The notes under the pieces: generated by a model | Told to the model about the DNA's origin: nothing | What the model saw: only the letters and a program-made list of their open reading frames with translations | Databases searched by the model: none | Source: Vitrella brassicaformis CCMP3155 | Lineage: Eukaryota; Protista; Chromerida | Direction of reading: 5' to 3' | DNA length: 64,000 bases | Assembly (NCBI GenBank): GCA_001179505.1 | Contig: CDMY01000982.1 | Span: 124,001-188,000, forward strand | Made by a program: the position numbers and the translations under genes | Shown here: positions 1 to 14,500 of the stretch, piece after piece | Position numbering within the stretch: position 1 is the stretch's first letter | How the letters are laid out: the number at the start of each line of letters is the position of its first letter

Positions 1-5
1 TGCAG

Positions 6-3000
6 GAGCTGGACACCTACCTCCGTGCCCCCCTGCTGGTCCCCACATGGGTCTCCAGCGGCGTGGCAGAAGACGACATGGACGATGAGGACGAGGGAGA
101 GACAGAGACGGAGGGGCGGCAGGTGGTCGGCCCACGGGTGTTCCTCACCCACAAGTCGCCCTGGCAGTGGGGGGAGTACCACCACTCGCAGCCATCCAAC
201 AAGAAAGACCTCATCTGCAAATGGTGGGTATGATAAGAGAGGGAGAGAGAGAGAGAGAGAGAGGCCGGGAGAGAGTGTGCGTGTGTCGTGTGTAATGCAT
301 CAGCTACTTCATGGCGGCCTGCTGGGCGAGAGAGGTCCTCAACACGCTCGCATCGGCCTACGACCACTTCCTCAATCAGCGGGCGGTGTTCCGCGCTAAG
401 AACAAGGCCAGGCAGCGACGGTCGGGTGCGCGTAGTGGTGGTGCTGGTGTGTTCTCGCCGATGAGGGGGATGATGGAGGAGGATCCCACGGTGGAGGTCA
501 AGATGCTGCACAGACTGATGCAACAGTAAGTTGGTTGGTGTGCGTCTGCTGGAGAGTGAGATGTGTTTGTGTGTGTGTGCGTGGGTGTGTTTGTGTGTGT
601 AGGTACGAGATGTGTGTGGGGATAGAGGAGTCCCTCGAGCTGGCCGTCCGGCTCCACCCCGCCTTCAAGCTGCCCTCATCAGAGCTCCCACCAAACGCAC
701 AAGACATCACCGACATCATGCAGGCACGCACCTCTCCATCCCCTCCTCCCACCCCACACATATGGCTATTCATTTGTGTGTTTGTGTCGCCAGGGAGGGA
801 GGGAATCGTTCAGAAGCGCTGCTGGTGGTGCTGGTGGTGGGGGTGCGGCCGCCAAGCCGAAGGCCGCTGCCAAGAATGGAGGCAAGGGCGGAGGCAAGAC
901 AGAGAAGGAACACCAGATCAAGACAGCAGGTACACACACCCCCATCCATCCATCCATCCGTCCATGCCTCCCTCTGCCGGTGTCGGTCCACAGAGCACGT
1001 GTTGCGTCAGCTGCCTCCGGTTTCCCCCAAGGTGCTGCACCTGCTGCGCGTCCTCACTTTGCGGCCCAACGAGGACGTCGACATGGATGTGCCGATGCCC
1101 GAGCTGTCCCCGCCCACCCTCATCCGGCTGGTGGCCCTGCTGCGGCACACCATGCGCCTCACCTTCTACGCGCAGCCCTTCCTGTGTGTGGATGTGGGCG
1201 CAAAGGAGGCCGCCACAGCCAAGGACAGCAAGAAGAAAGACGTAATCGCAAGGCACCCCACCATACCACCCACCCACACCCCATATAGGTGTGTGTGTGT
1301 GTGGATGTCAGGATGACGAAGCGTTCGATCAGGCCCACACACACCGTGCTGTGTACCGGTTTGTGCCGTCGAGTCGCGCGCGAGGAGGCGGCGGGCTGGT
1401 GGCGACGCTCGGCGGTGTGGGGAGCCGCGAGCACGAGGCGAGTGTTGTGGGTGAGGGCGGGATTGGGCTGGTGGAGGTGTCGCTGATGCTGCTGCGGAAG
1501 GTTCTCGGAGAGAGGGTCAACGAACTGCATCAGTTCAAGGTAAGCCTGCAGGAATGTGGTAAGTCTTTGCGTGTGGGTGGTGGGTGGAGAGTTTCTGTGC
1601 TTGTGTGTGTGTGTCTCTGTCTCTCCTTCGCTGTGTCTCTGTGTGTGTGTGTGTAGGATACTCAGCTAGCCGATCGCAATGAGAACGAGCAAGCAAAGGT
1701 GGGTGCATGGGCACGCGCTTATTGCATTGCGTGTGTTGGATACGCTCGTGTGTTGGTTGTGTGCGCTGCAGGTGTGTGAGTTGTGTGAGGAGCTGGAGAG
1801 CATCCTGCTCGCCTTCGGAGACTTCATCTACTTCCTACCGACACTCATACACATCAAGTGAGAACATAAGCCAACCAACCCTCCCTCCCCGTCCCCACTC
1901 TCTCTCTCTCTTTGAAGGCCCTCTGGCGTCCGGTGTGCATCCTCAGTGTTAGCCGCCGCCTCCACGGCCATCCAAGACACCCAACAACAACAACAGCAGC
2001 AGCAGCAGCCGGGAGAGGATGACATGGAGTGCGATGGCGACAATGACGGAGAGGGAGGCGGTGGTGATGGTGACAACTCCCCCGGCACTCTGCGCAAGTT
2101 CATCGAGGAGAGGGAGGGGCGCCTGGTGGAGGAGAGGCGGCGCTTCGGCCAGCCGTCGAGCAGCAAAGGCAACGACTACATGCTGCACAACATTTGGAGG
2201 GTCAGTGAGGGAATCGATGTATGTGGGCGGGTCAGAAGAGGAAACACGGAGAAGAGACAGACAGACAGACGGATAAGCAGCCAAAATTGATGTATGTGTC
2301 TGTGTGTGTGTCCGTCTGTGCGTCTGTGTGTGCAGAAGGGTCCAGGCGACGACGCACAGGACCGTGGTGACGACATGTACGATGACAATGACGACGGCCA
2401 GGACGACATGCACCTCGAATTCGCTCCCCCGATGCCCCCCTACCCAAACCAGCACCACCACCACCACAACAACAACAACGCTGGCTTCGACGACATTCCT
2501 CTGCTGGCCAAGGAGGAGCGGCGCATCAGCGAGGCCTATGCCGACGGCGGTGCGTGGCGGGGCCTGAAGCAGGCCATGGCGGCCTATGGGAGGAGTTTGA
2601 AGGCGCTGGTGACCATGGAGGGCTTTCCTTCGCTGAGCGTGACGATGCTCGCGCAGGACTACCTTGTGCAGGTGAGCTGGTGCAGGGGGGAGAGGGGTGC
2701 TCGCCATTGGATATGTTTCTCTTTTTCCTTTTTTCTCTCTCTTTCTGTGTGTGTGGGTGTCAGCTGCTGAAGGTGCATGCGTTGATTTCGGCCAGGCTGA
2801 GGCGCCACAGCCACAACAACAATGCTGCCAAGAAGGACGGGGAGGCCATCAAGACGACGTTGCACGAAGTGACCGACCAACTGCTGTGCCGCGCCTGGAG
2901 CCAACTGGACGTCAAGTACAGACCCGCTGTAAGTCTGCCTTTCTGTCTGTCCGTCCGGCGTGAACACGCTGACGTGTGTGATGTGCAGCTGATGTTTGAG

Positions 3001-4005
3001 GCGTTGAAGGTGTCATTGGAGCACGGCAAGACCACCGCGGCGAACATGATCAAGAGGTTCGCCAACAGCGCACTCCCGCAGATCAGACAGCACTACAGAC
3101 GCAAAGTCAAAAACGACACAGAAGGAGGAGACAAAGTAAGCCACCCACACACGCCAAGAGAGAGGGGGAGAGAGAGAGAGAGAGAGAGAGGCATGTGTCT
3201 GTGTGTGTGTGTGTGTTGTGTGTTGTGCTTGATATGCTATGTAAGAAGAAGAAAAAGAAGAAGAAGGACAAAGACAACGATGAGGAGGCCGAGGACTTCC
3301 CCGCGCCCAAGGACTTCGAATGCCTCGACAAACAGAACTTTGCTGCCTTCTACAAGTACATCCATACGCACAAGATAACGCATACGCATACACTCCATGT
3401 GTGTGTGTGTGTGTGGCGGACACACAGGGTCATGTTGGAGCAGGTCAATAGCGTGTTGCGTGCAGAGGTGGTGCAGCCCCTCAGCGAATACATCAAAAAG
3501 AAAAGCGCACTGAAAGAGCTCATCAAAAAAGCGGTAGAGGCAGAGAGAGGGAGGGAGAGATGACGCACATCCATAGGTACTCTGAATGCAGGCGAAGGAA
3601 GAGAGCCTGGCTGATGAGGAGACCAAGAAGAACACTCCACTCGGTCGCGTCAAGGCCGCCATCCACCGCACCTGCGCCCTCGTCGACTCGTGGAAAGCCC
3701 TCATCGAGTTCACCAAATACGACCCCTCATCGTACCCCTCACACACACGCACACGCACAGAGAGAGAGAGAGAGATGCATGAGACACATGGATGGATGGA
3801 TGTGTATATGTGCAGGACGTTGCTGCGTCACGCCATGACGGTCGGCCGGCGCACGATGGAGTCTTTGACCAAGATATTGGGTCTGGTGCCGGCCTTGCTG
3901 CTGGCCGAGGACTTCCGAGACGACATCAAAGACATACTCACGACCATACGGCGGGTGGGCACTTTACCAGGCCATCCATCCACACACACAGACCTACACA
4001 CACAG

Positions 4006-4042
<37 letters not shown>

Positions 4043-5135
4043 AGAGCCTTATACATACGGCCGTGCTATCTCTCTGTCTCTCTGTGTGTCTGTAGGTGCT
4101 GAACCACTTCGGCAAGATCCGCGTTGAGGTCAAGGAGCGCAAGCTCACCGCCCTCGACAAGTACCTCGCCCCTCTCGCCCGCGACCACGAGGCACTCCTG
4201 TCCAAGCTGCAGCACGAGTTCAGAGAGGACCAGGACACCAACAAACTCAACAAAAAGGGCGCCGCACTCGAGCTCCGTAAGTACGGACGGCTGGGAGGGA
4301 GGGAGGGAGGGAGGGAGGGAGAAAGAAAGCCACATCCCTCTCTCCTGCTGCGACGTCCATGTATCGATCTCATCCATGTCTCCCGATCCCCTCTCTCTCT
4401 CTCTGTGTGTGTGTCTGTCTGTGTGTGTGTGTGTGTGTGTGTTGAATGTCAGGAGCACCGGCGATGAGGAACATGCAGAACCAGAAGATCGACGGCGTGC
4501 TCTACGACCTCGACCAAGAAGATGATGACAACGACAACAACGATGACGAGCAGGAAGCAGAAGACGGCCAAAACGAGGACGACGACCGCCCCAAGCAGAA
4601 GCACAAACAGCACAAGAAGAACAAGAAGAAGAGACCACGACAGCCAGGTGAGCACGAGGAGGGCGAGGAGGGCGAGGAGGGCGAGGGGGGTGAGGACGAC
4701 CAGCAGCCAGACGACAACGATGAAGAGCCCCGGAAGCGCAAGAAGAAACAGAAGAAGAAGAAGGACAAACACCCACAGCAGGAGGAAGACCAAGAGGGAG
4801 AGGGGGAGGGGGAGGGTGGCGAGGCAGCAGATGAAGAGGAGCAGCAAGACCACCGGCACAAGAAGAAGGACAGGGACAAGAACAAGAACAAGAAGAACAA
4901 GCCAGCCCCAGCACCCGTTATCGTCAAGCGTGAGCATGATGGAGACGCAGATGGCGAGGGTGACGGCCACGATGATGACGACACGCCACCCGCCCCACAA
5001 CCCCCCAAGAAGCAAAAGAAACAGCAGCAGCAGCAGCAGCAGGAGGCCGCTGCCAAGGCCAAGCCGAAGCTCCGTCCACAGGGGCTGCAGCGCGACACCG
5101 GCCGCCAGTTGCATGAGTCGATTGCTCAGCGGTAG
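6..5135 (+). CDS. FANCD2: FANCD2-like protein, multi-exon, 5' end outside window
   Basis: Spliced exons give CYFMAACWAREVLNTL, FECLDKQNFAAFYKVMLEQV, AMTVGRRTMESLTK, RDDIKDILTTIR and MRNMQNQKIDG. These match in order the FANCD2 segments [59 protein letters not shown] and LGNLKNRDLQG (recalled, not computed). The last exon 4453-5135 is a long K/E/D-rich tail ending in TAG. Confidence 0.6.
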
Positions 5136-6070
5136 ATAGCTCAGCGGTGGATGGATGGATGGTCGGGTAGTGTAGTGTAGCTTTCGTCACATCACAGCAC
5201 ATGGGTTCCAGCCATCCCCCAGTGCGTGAGACAGTTCTCTATCGGTTCTATCGGTTGATTGAATCCTCGTGTACGTGGCGGCTGTTGTCGATCGATTCAT
5301 ATACACACTGATGTGGTGTGTCCAAAAAGAAATCATGCACGTGTCCATCCATCATACGTACAGGCCATCAGACATAGAAAGTCCTCCCTCTTGTCGCCCT
5401 CCCGCCCTCACTACCCCTTCCCCATTCCCACACACACACAGATGCACACAGGCAAGTATGCACACCTACCCGGACCTTGTGTGTTCCGGGCATTTACTCG
5501 TTGTCTCACAGTCAGTCTTCGCGCTGTCGTGTCTTCGGTCGATGAAGCCTGCGACGGCACAGCTGCCACTCTTGGAAGACCAGCAGCTGTGACGTCACCC
5601 ACTTCATCACCAGACCCGACACGCCGACCGACAGACACAGGTAAGCTGGAATCGATACAATCAAGCCTCACACGGCAGCCAGCCACTGCACACGCAGCCA
5701 GCAGCCAGCCACAACCTAATCTTCCCCCCACATTCACTCAGAAAGTGGTCAGCCGCCCCAGCCAGCCATTCGGAAACAGACGCACGAGTGAAAACCACAC
5801 CTGGCCTGCCTGCATCCAAACATACATCGAGCCGATCGTACAGCCAGGCAGGCAGCCGACGGCAAAAATACTCCACCCCCCCATCCATCACATAGATCCA
5901 TCCGTTCATTCATGTGTGCGTACGTTACTCACCCATCCATCCATCCATCAACAACAATACAGCCAGGCCGCGTGCACATGACTGTGCAACCCCTCCCCTC
6001 CCCGCCGCTTCCGTCCGCCATCCCCGGCTGCCTCAACCAACCTACTTGTCTACCTGTCTAAAGTAGCCAC

Positions 6071-7283
6071 TCACTGGTGGTATGTGCGCCCCTCCCGCCC
6101 GCTGCCAGTGCGGCCATAGCTACGGCGAGACCCAGACGACTGCCCGTGGCTGGTGATGCGTTCGCGACGGCCCCTGGGGAGAGGGGGAGGCGGGAGGGCC
6201 TCCTGCTCCTCGTCACCAGCACCGCCACCACCGTACTCGTCCAGGTCCATGACGCGGGGCATCCGTGGCTCATGCTGCTCCTCCCGCTCCCGTCTGTAGC
6301 GCCTCGTGTCCTGGTCGCGCAGTTGTGTGTTGGTGGCGGTGTTGGGGTAGGATGGCAGGGACTGATTGCCTTGGTACCAGGCGTGCTCCAGGGAGTGGCC
6401 GTGGCGCTGCGGCAGGCTGTGCCGGCGACGCGCCTCAAAATCGGCTGATTGATATGAGGAACCAGGCAAGGACACACACAGAGCACAGAATGTGCGGGTG
6501 TTTCTTTCTTGCGTGTATGTCCTCTCCTGTGTGAGTGAGTGTCGTCACCTACCATCGAACTGAGGGGCCTGGTGCTCCGTCATGCCCTTGTACAGGTCCG
6601 TCTCGCGCTCCTGACCTGCACCACACACACACAGATATGGGCAGGGGGATGCACGACGAGCATCAAGTGTACTGGTTTTCTCTCACCCGAGTGGCGGTTG
6701 CGCTCCTTGATGACCTTGCGGCCTCTCTCGCGGAGGTGGCGCTCGAGAGCCATCTTATCCACACCCGTGCTGCTGTTGGTGTAAGCCTGCTGCGTCTCAC
6801 GAAGGCCCTCCTGCCACACCACACACACGACAACACACACTCGGGTGCGTGTGTTCGCTTAATCAATCTAGCGAGTGCGTCGAGTGCCTGGAACGTTCCC
6901 TCCCTCCGTACCTGGTGGTCTCCCATAGTGCTCTGGGCGTACTTCTCTGTGTGAACCTGCCCGTCCTGCCCCGTGCTCTGCTTCATCATCATGACCTGGC
7001 TGCTGTAGAAGCCCCCTCCACCTCCCTGGTGAGCCATCATGCCCTCGATGCCGTCTCCCATGCGCCCCATCACGCTGCCGAACCGAGGCATCAGGCTGTC
7101 GAAGGACGGGAACCCGCCCATCATTCCCATCATGCCGCTGCGCTCTCCTCTCGGGAAGAAGGAGTCGAACGGCATCATGTCGCGGTCCATCTCGTGCATC
7201 GCGGCGGCCATCGCGTCCAGAGGAGAACCGCCCAGCGAACCGAAGGGTGCGATTTCGCCAAAATGGTCACGTCGGCGTGACAT
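6071..7283 (-). CDS. MLF: Myeloid leukemia factor (MLF) family protein, 4 exons
   Basis: Exons 7283-6912, 6810-6687, ~6615-6553 and ~6443-6071 join in frame. M/G/F-rich N-terminus, then FYSSQVMMM..., LRETQQAYTNSSTGVDKMALERHL...GQERETDLYKGM, as in the MLF domain (ETRKAMRDSDSGLEKMAIGHH). Confidence 0.75.
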
Positions 7284-7533
7284 GCTGAATGAGTCTGGCC
7301 TATAGGCTGTTGCTATTCCTCTGAGCACTCCGTTTCTCTCGTCTGAAAGCATCCAAGCCCAAAAGCTCGCTTCTGTCGTCCTGTCGTAGCGCGCATGGGA
7401 ATTTCCGGTGCAGACGCATGCGCTTCGGCTGTCGTGTGTCGAGAAGATTGATCTGCGTCACAACTCGCCATCGCGCGTGGCATCTGGCAGCAGTCTGGCG
7501 GCATCTGGCCGCGAGTGAGAGCGACCCCAACCA

Positions 7534-10500
7534 ATGTGCGACCATCCGCTAGATCTATCCAACGGCCGGGTCTGTACCACTGCCCGGGCAGCCATTGATG
7601 ACCTGTGCGAAGACCTTCGCTCCACCACACAAGATGTCGAGCTGGACTTGAAGCTGCTCAGAGAGTATGCCCACACCGCGATAGAGATTCAACGCCACTG
7701 CGCCTCCTGCCGATGGCGAGTGCAAATGGACATTATCCAGCAGCTCTGCGAGGACGCCCTGCTTGCGCGATTGCTCTCCATCTTCTCGGATCTCACCGAC
7801 CGCGAGCGCCACCAGGCTGCGGGTGACCTGCTCATGATTATCTGGCGGCTGAACGATAACCTCGGCACCCATCCCTTCAGTCAGAAGCTCATCTCGGCCG
7901 CTGGGTCGTCTCGCAACCTCATCTCGACGCTGGCGCGCGTCGTCGAAGATGAAGTCGAGCCCCCGGTAGAGCAGCGCCAGCTGTCGTTTCAAGACTCGCT
8001 TGTGTTCCTTTGGCTGACAGAGGTGATGCGGGAGGGCAGGCGGTGCGGCAACGCGACCGATTTCCGGGACTACCTTGTGGAGCACCATCCATCGCTGCTG
8101 AGGATCTTGCTGGCATGGGCAGAGGCCCATCTGGCCAGCGACGCAGCACTGGTGGCGCTACTCACTTCCCTCAGCGTCATGTTCGAGACACGCAACACAC
8201 AACGCAATCGCCACAACCAAGACGGCCCGCCCTTCCCACCCATTCGCATGCCACCCTTTCTGTGGGCGGGGCTGTGGGAAGTGCTGATCAAGATAATGAT
8301 CCGGCAGGAAACATCAACACGCGGCGACAACGACGAAGTGTAAGGGGCCGGCAATGGCAGACGCGGAGGCAGGGCAGCTGACACATGAGATGCCTGTTTG
8401 TTGTTTGTCTGCCTGAATGAGTGCAGCCATGCAACGACCATTTCTCTGCTTATCTGTACCATCGTCGAGTGGCTGAAGGCCGCAGGTGGGAGGCAAGGGA
8501 GAGGGGGCACGTCTACCTACCTGTCTGTATGATGCTGTTGTCATGACGTCAGGGTCCGAAGATGACTGCATTGAGTACATTAATGTCCTAGAAAATCGGG
8601 TGTTTCCCGAGGTGGACAAATTGGCGGGCATCCTCACGTCGCCAGACGCTCCGCAGGAGCTGCGCCGCAGTGCTGCGCTCTGTGTCGAACGCATATTCCG
8701 TCGTTGTCATGATTTCATGGGTCTCATGAGTGGTGAGTGAGATCACAAGAGTACGCAGCTAAAACACGTATCTATGGCATTCCTCCCTCTGTCCGTTGGT
8801 CCATCGGCAGATTATCGGCCCAGCGAGCCCGTCGAGCGCCTCATGCGTTCCCCCGGGGCGCTAAAGGCGTTTGTTCAGCATATACGCGCGGCGGTGGACT
8901 ATCCATTCGCACTCGCTCTCCCCGGCATCGTCGCTCGTAAGCGTCGCGGGCGTCATGTGATGAGAATGTCGTCATGCGTGTCTTGGCTTGCAGGGTGTGG
9001 CTACAGAGATGAAGTGTACGCTGCCGGGTGTATCTCCCTGCTGGCGAGCGTCGCCGAGGGCAAGCACAGGGGCACCGAGGGCAAGCACATGTTAGAGAAT
9101 ACAGCCGGCTTCTGCGCAGTGGCATGTCTGTACCTGGTCGGCGAGAAACCCGACGACATGACTGATGCGCTGGCTAAGGTGAGGAAGAGAATGAGTGGCT
9201 CAACAGGCAGGCAGGCGGGCAGGCAGGCAGAGGCGGGCCGGTATGCTGTGTAGACACACTCACTCTCCACCCCCACCCCCACCCCCCTGTGTTTGTGTCT
9301 GAGTGTGCGGCAGATTGCCGTGCGTGAGGGTCTTCCGGCCGCTCTCTGTGAGATATGCATCATGTGCTTCGAGCACCTATCGGATGCGGATAAGGTGAAA
9401 CAATTTGTCGACTTTACTCTCAACACACTCCGCGCGCTCGTCGCGTAAGTGGACTTCACCCAGCCTCACATGTACCTGCCTGGATGCAGTGCTCTTCTGG
9501 GTATGTTTTGCTCTCCTCTGCAGTTATGGTGATCGAGTGAGCAGCAGGCGCGGCTCATTCCGGCCCAACACCGTCACGCAGGCCATCCTGCAGCACGAAT
9601 CAATCAAGACGATGCGCGCGGCTGGCCGGCAGCCGAAAGGACGACGGAAGGCACACCACCAGCAGCAGCCGACAGTGCCCAAGGAGGTGGGAAATGATGC
9701 ACATGGACGGTTCAAACATGTCGTGGCGATGCATGTGTTGTGTGTCAGTTGTTGGATTACTTTGACGAAATAGAGAATGCTGCGAACGAGCGGGCCGATG
9801 CGCAGCTGATGGCGGACCTTGGCATTGACGACGGTCATGAGGGGGCTAAGCAGCCGATCAGCAGTACCAAGAGCGGCAAGAGTAAGGGCAAGCTCAAGGG
9901 CGCTACGGCAGCTAAGGAGGACACCAAACAGGCACCGTTGGCCAGGTCAGCACAGGCAGACTGAAGAAGAGGGCGTCCAAACAGATGGTGACATGTGTGT
10001 TTGTGTCTTTGTCGACAGCGTCTCTGCCACCGGCACATTGGACGACCACAGCGAGCAGCAGGAGGACACGGAAGAGCATCATGACCTCCCCGGTCCCCTC
10101 AGCCCATCGCCCTCCTCGCCTCCCCGACCATCGTCGGCAGCTGGCGGCCCCTCTGTGTCCGAGGATGCCGCCGAGTTGACTGGTCTCGACATCAACAACG
10201 GCAAGAAAGCAAAAGCCAAGAGGCGCGGCAAAGTGGCCAAGAACGCTCAGGCCACTGTTGCCAATGACGAGGCAGACGAAGGCAACTACCAGGCAGACGT
10301 CGGCGCTCCACCGCCCCGTCCTCCCCAACCGACGTCACACGTGTCGGCCGATGCGGATGGCGGCAGTGGGCTGCAGCAAGCCTCGAATCATGACGACGGC
10401 ATACATGTCAGCTGCAGACAGAGAGGCAAGGCCAATCTAGCGGCTCAAGGGGACCATCGTGAGCTGCCCTTCTCGCTGCCCCCTCCCCCACCCTTCCCTG

Positions 10501-10920
10501 CCCCCACTGCACCCCCCCCACCACCACCACCGCCTCCATCCACCGTCCCATCATCGTCCCCTGCCCGGCCACCTGCTGCTGCAGCTGCTGCTGCTGCGTC
10601 ATCATCACCTGGCGGCGGTGCTTTTGAAGGGAAAGAGATCAAGTGCTGTGTGTGCCTGGTGAATGCGCCCGACATCCTGCTGCTACCTTGCCGACACAAA
10701 GTGAGCACAGCGAATGAGAGAGAGAGGTGCCGGCTGACAACTGATTTGTACATCGTGTAACTTATGGCTGGTGGTGGGTGTTGGTGCAGGTTGTGTGTGG
10801 GGAGTGTTTTGATAAGTGGATGGCCCCCATGCCACGAGAAGACCGAATCTGCCCCGAACACACGTACGCATTACTTATATATATGTATATATACACATAT
10901 ACACATACACATCTATGTAC

Positions 10921-10959
<39 letters not shown>

Positions 10960-11022
10960 CGTGTTCGGTGCACATGTTGCAGCTGCCGACAGCCCTACTC
11001 AGAGGCAACACGTATCCTGTAG
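7534..11022 (+). CDS. Helical-domain + C-terminal RING finger protein, paralogue A
   Basis: Large first exon 7534-~8340 and further exons, including SYGDRVSSRRGSFRPNTVTQAILQHE (shared with paralogues B and C), a Pro-rich linker and CCVCLVNAPDILLLPCRHK|VVCGECFDKW...ICPEHT|CRQPYSEATRIL* (C3HC4_3-type RING). Confidence 0.75.
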
Positions 11023-11505
11023 ATCTATCTTCTGCTGTAGTCACAGCTGTCAGGTTCGTGTATGGGTCATTACGGCTTTGTCTATCGGATACATGTGCAG
11101 TGTGTGGCCGTTTATCGGTGTGGCTTGGTTTGGTTTGGTCGCATGCGCTTGGTGTATGATTTTTCTGCATTCTTCTTGTCGGTGCATTCGTTCAATGTAT
11201 GCCGCTGCTCTGTGTGCTGTCGGTCGATGCACCGTCATGTGTGTGTATGAGAACACGCTGTGGACCATCATCGTACGGATGATAGAGGGAGAGAGGAGGT
11301 CATGGGTGCTGCGGTGCGTGTACAAAAGTGTCTCCTTGTCTTGTCTCATGTATCCCGATAGACGGACGAAAGACTCACGCTCTTGTGGAATGAGGCCATA
11401 TTTATGTTTGTGTAAGCGCCACTCATGAACAGTCTTCCAGAGGCAACGTGCCAAATATACAACCAGTCGACAAGACATGTACCCACACATATGGACCTCC
11501 CTCTC

Positions 11506-14500
11506 TCACTTGCCTGCATCCCACCCCTCCCACCTCTCTCTGACCTCCTTCTGTCCTTTCTTCACTGCCTCAACACGATCTGACACACCAGACGGCCCCT
11601 TGGAGTCCTCTCCAGTTCCCACAAGGAACCTCTCTGAATACTCTTGCAGTGACGGCGGCGCGTTCTCTCTTTCCCGTGGTGCACCCGACAGGTTCTCGTC
11701 TTCGATGACCATCACCCACTGTCTCGGCTTGCGTGACGGGGAGCGGGGCGGCTGCAGTGTGCTCACAACTTTCTCAAACTCAACAATCGACTGCATCTGC
11801 CTCAGCGATGGGTCAGAGGCAGGGAGACACCCAAGCTGACCAATCACCAGCAGCAGCGTCCCGAACGTGACTGCGATATGCTGATCACCAGCCGCGTCGA
11901 GTGCCGAGAGTGCGTCGGGGAGACGGCTGTGGAGGGCACGGCTCGTCTCCTCGCATGACGACAGGAGTATCTTGAGCAGCGGGGTGGTCTTGACGTTGCT
12001 GGTCGACGGCAGCGGCTGGCAGTGGAGGACCAGAGGGGAGTCCTCTGCAGGGATGATGATCGAGCACGAGAGGGTTTGTTGAGAAGAGGAAGGCTGCGTG
12101 CGGATGAAGTATCGCAGCTGCTCGCGGCGATGGCGCCACATCTGCACGGAGACACAACTCTCACATCCACATATACTTTCGTGGTGGGCTGGCTGTAGTA
12201 CCTTGAATGCGATGTCCCATGGAATGACTGTCATGTATGTTTCCGTCCCTCCTCCATTGGTACTTTCCGTCTGCTCCACCCTCACAATCACAGCCACCCA
12301 GCTGAACTCCCCAGGCAGACCGCTGGCTCGTCTCTTCGGTGGGAAGCTCGTCCGTGCGGCAAGGCGGTCAACAAGGGCTTGCCACTGGTCCACACGTTCA
12401 TTTGGGCGGCCGCCTTGGCCGGCTTCAGTAAAACCGCATATGGTCAGGGACGCGGTGGGAGCTGCTGATTGTTTCTCTTCCTCTCCGGGTGATGGTTCGA
12501 ATTGGTCAGACACGATGTGGCAGACGACCGTTGGGGCAAAAGGCAGCTTGCCCCACTCCCTTCTGAGCTCTCCTTTCCGTTTCTCGTCCTCATTTGTCTG
12601 TTGCGTGTCCTTCTCTTGTTCGGCCCCACTTGCGGTTTCCTGCTCCTCTTCCTTCTTCGACTCTTCAGCCGGCTTCATTTCTTCGTCTGCATGTGCTTCC
12701 GCTACCGATGCTGTACGTGCCTTCTCGAAGCTCTGCCGCAGGCTCTTCGCCGCCTCGGTGAAGGCTGCCGCGACGATGTCGCGGACAACAGAGGCGGCCT
12801 CCCCAGTGTCGTCGTCAATGGCTGCCTCGGCGTTCGCTCGTGCTTGATGGAGCAGATCCGAAGACAGCTTCTCCTGTGCCATGGCCTTCCGAGCCCGATA
12901 GCCCCTCCAGTGCTTCTGGATCATGATGGCCGCCAGCCGCCTCCTCCTCTTTTTGTCTCTCTTCTGTCTCCTTCTCTTCAGCTCCTTCACGTCATCGCGG
13001 ACCATCTTGCCTCGCCACGCCGCTTGCAACTTGGTGGCCGCATCTCTCATCCTAGCTGCTGAAGGGAATGCGGCGGCCTTGCAGAAAAGGGTCGGGGGCA
13101 GCTCCTCTGGCTTCTCGGCGGCTGCCTCTTCATGGACAGGGGCTGGCTCGGATGGTGCTGGCGCGGCCTTTGCTTTCGCTTTTTTCTTGAGGGAAGACTT
13201 TGGCTGCGGTAGATGTTCGGACTCCTCCGTGGCTGACTCTTCTTTTGGTGCGACCTCGGGCTCCTCCTTTCGCTTGAGAGCAGGCTTTGCGGGCGATGGC
13301 TTGTGTACAGGGGCGGGGACAGGTGCTTCAGTGCTCTCAGGCGGCTCGTGAGGGGCCGTTGGGGCGGGTTTTCCTGGTTCTCCTTCAACTGACTCCTTTG
13401 ACGACTGTTTGAGGCAGGGCTTGGGTGGTGGCTGCTGTCGGTGTGGCTTGGACAGTATAGCACCAATGGTGCTCTCGGCCAAGTCGTCGATCTTTTTCCG
13501 TGCGGCCCTGATCACTGCCGGCTCATCTGAGGGAGAGGAACATGCGCGAATTGAGGCTTCAAAGGCACACGAATCTGTGTCGCTAACCCAGCTTCTCTTG
13601 TCCGCGCTTCTTCATCCCTCCCTTCTTCTTTTTGGGTTTCGGCTGTTGATGTTGTTTTTTCTCGATCGACACGCGCCTCACCCTGTGCCCCCTCCATATG
13701 GCCTGCACGGAGACCGCAGCTTCGTTCTCCCTTTCGCGTCGCGCCCTCATCTCTTCTCTCTTCTGTGCGCTCAACTTGCGGTCTCGCCGCCCCCGCACAT
13801 GCGCTTGAACCCGGCTGGCTGCCAGTTCTTGTCTCTCCCTCTCCCTGGACTCCCTCTCCTGCTGCTCCTGCTGCTCCTTCTGCCTTCTGAGCTCGTCAGA
13901 TGTCATTCGGGCGGCCCTGGCCCGCCAACTGGCCTGCACCTTGGTTGCCGCACGGGCCAGCTCGGCGTCGCTCTGATCGATCGGAGAAGACACGGCCTCT
14001 TCTGGTGGCTTCTCCTGCTGTGCCAAGATGACAGGCTCTTGTTCGCGCCGCTCTGGCTGTGAGATCTGTGTCTCGCCCATCTTGAGGTAAGTCTTTTCCT
14101 TGTGAAAGAACTGCTCGACCTGAGTCATCTGCGGAGGTCGCTCCGCCACGCTGGCCGCCTTGGGCAGGGTTTTGTGACGAGAAAGGGACTTCCTCTTCTC
14201 TGTCGTTTGTGATGTGGGTGAGAGGCTGTGCAGGAAGTCATCGATGATCCTCTCATGCTCGATCGGCAGAGACATGCGCAATGCCCGCGGCCTCTTGTGC
14301 TGTCTCTTCTTGCGCGTTGCCTTCTGCGGCGGGGTGCTCTCCTCTGGTGGTCTCTTGCCCTGCGACTGCCGCAGGAGGCCCCGTAAGCCCACGCCGGGTG
14401 CATCGCTTGGACGCTTAGGCGGTCCCGGAGTGCTTCGGGGTCGCACTTGGGTGGGCGGCTGAGAGACAGAGAAAGGTCCTCCGGCGAATGCAAGTCGAAA

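Noticed and set aside
4449-5114. Leu/Val-rich 221-aa minus-strand ORF that looks like a membrane protein
   Set aside because: It is the antisense shadow of the Lys/Glu/Gln-rich last exon of the FANCD2-like gene.
10864-10981. AT-rich (TA)n island in a GC-rich genome
   Set aside because: It lies inside the last intron of RING paralogue A and is a simple microsatellite, not foreign DNA.
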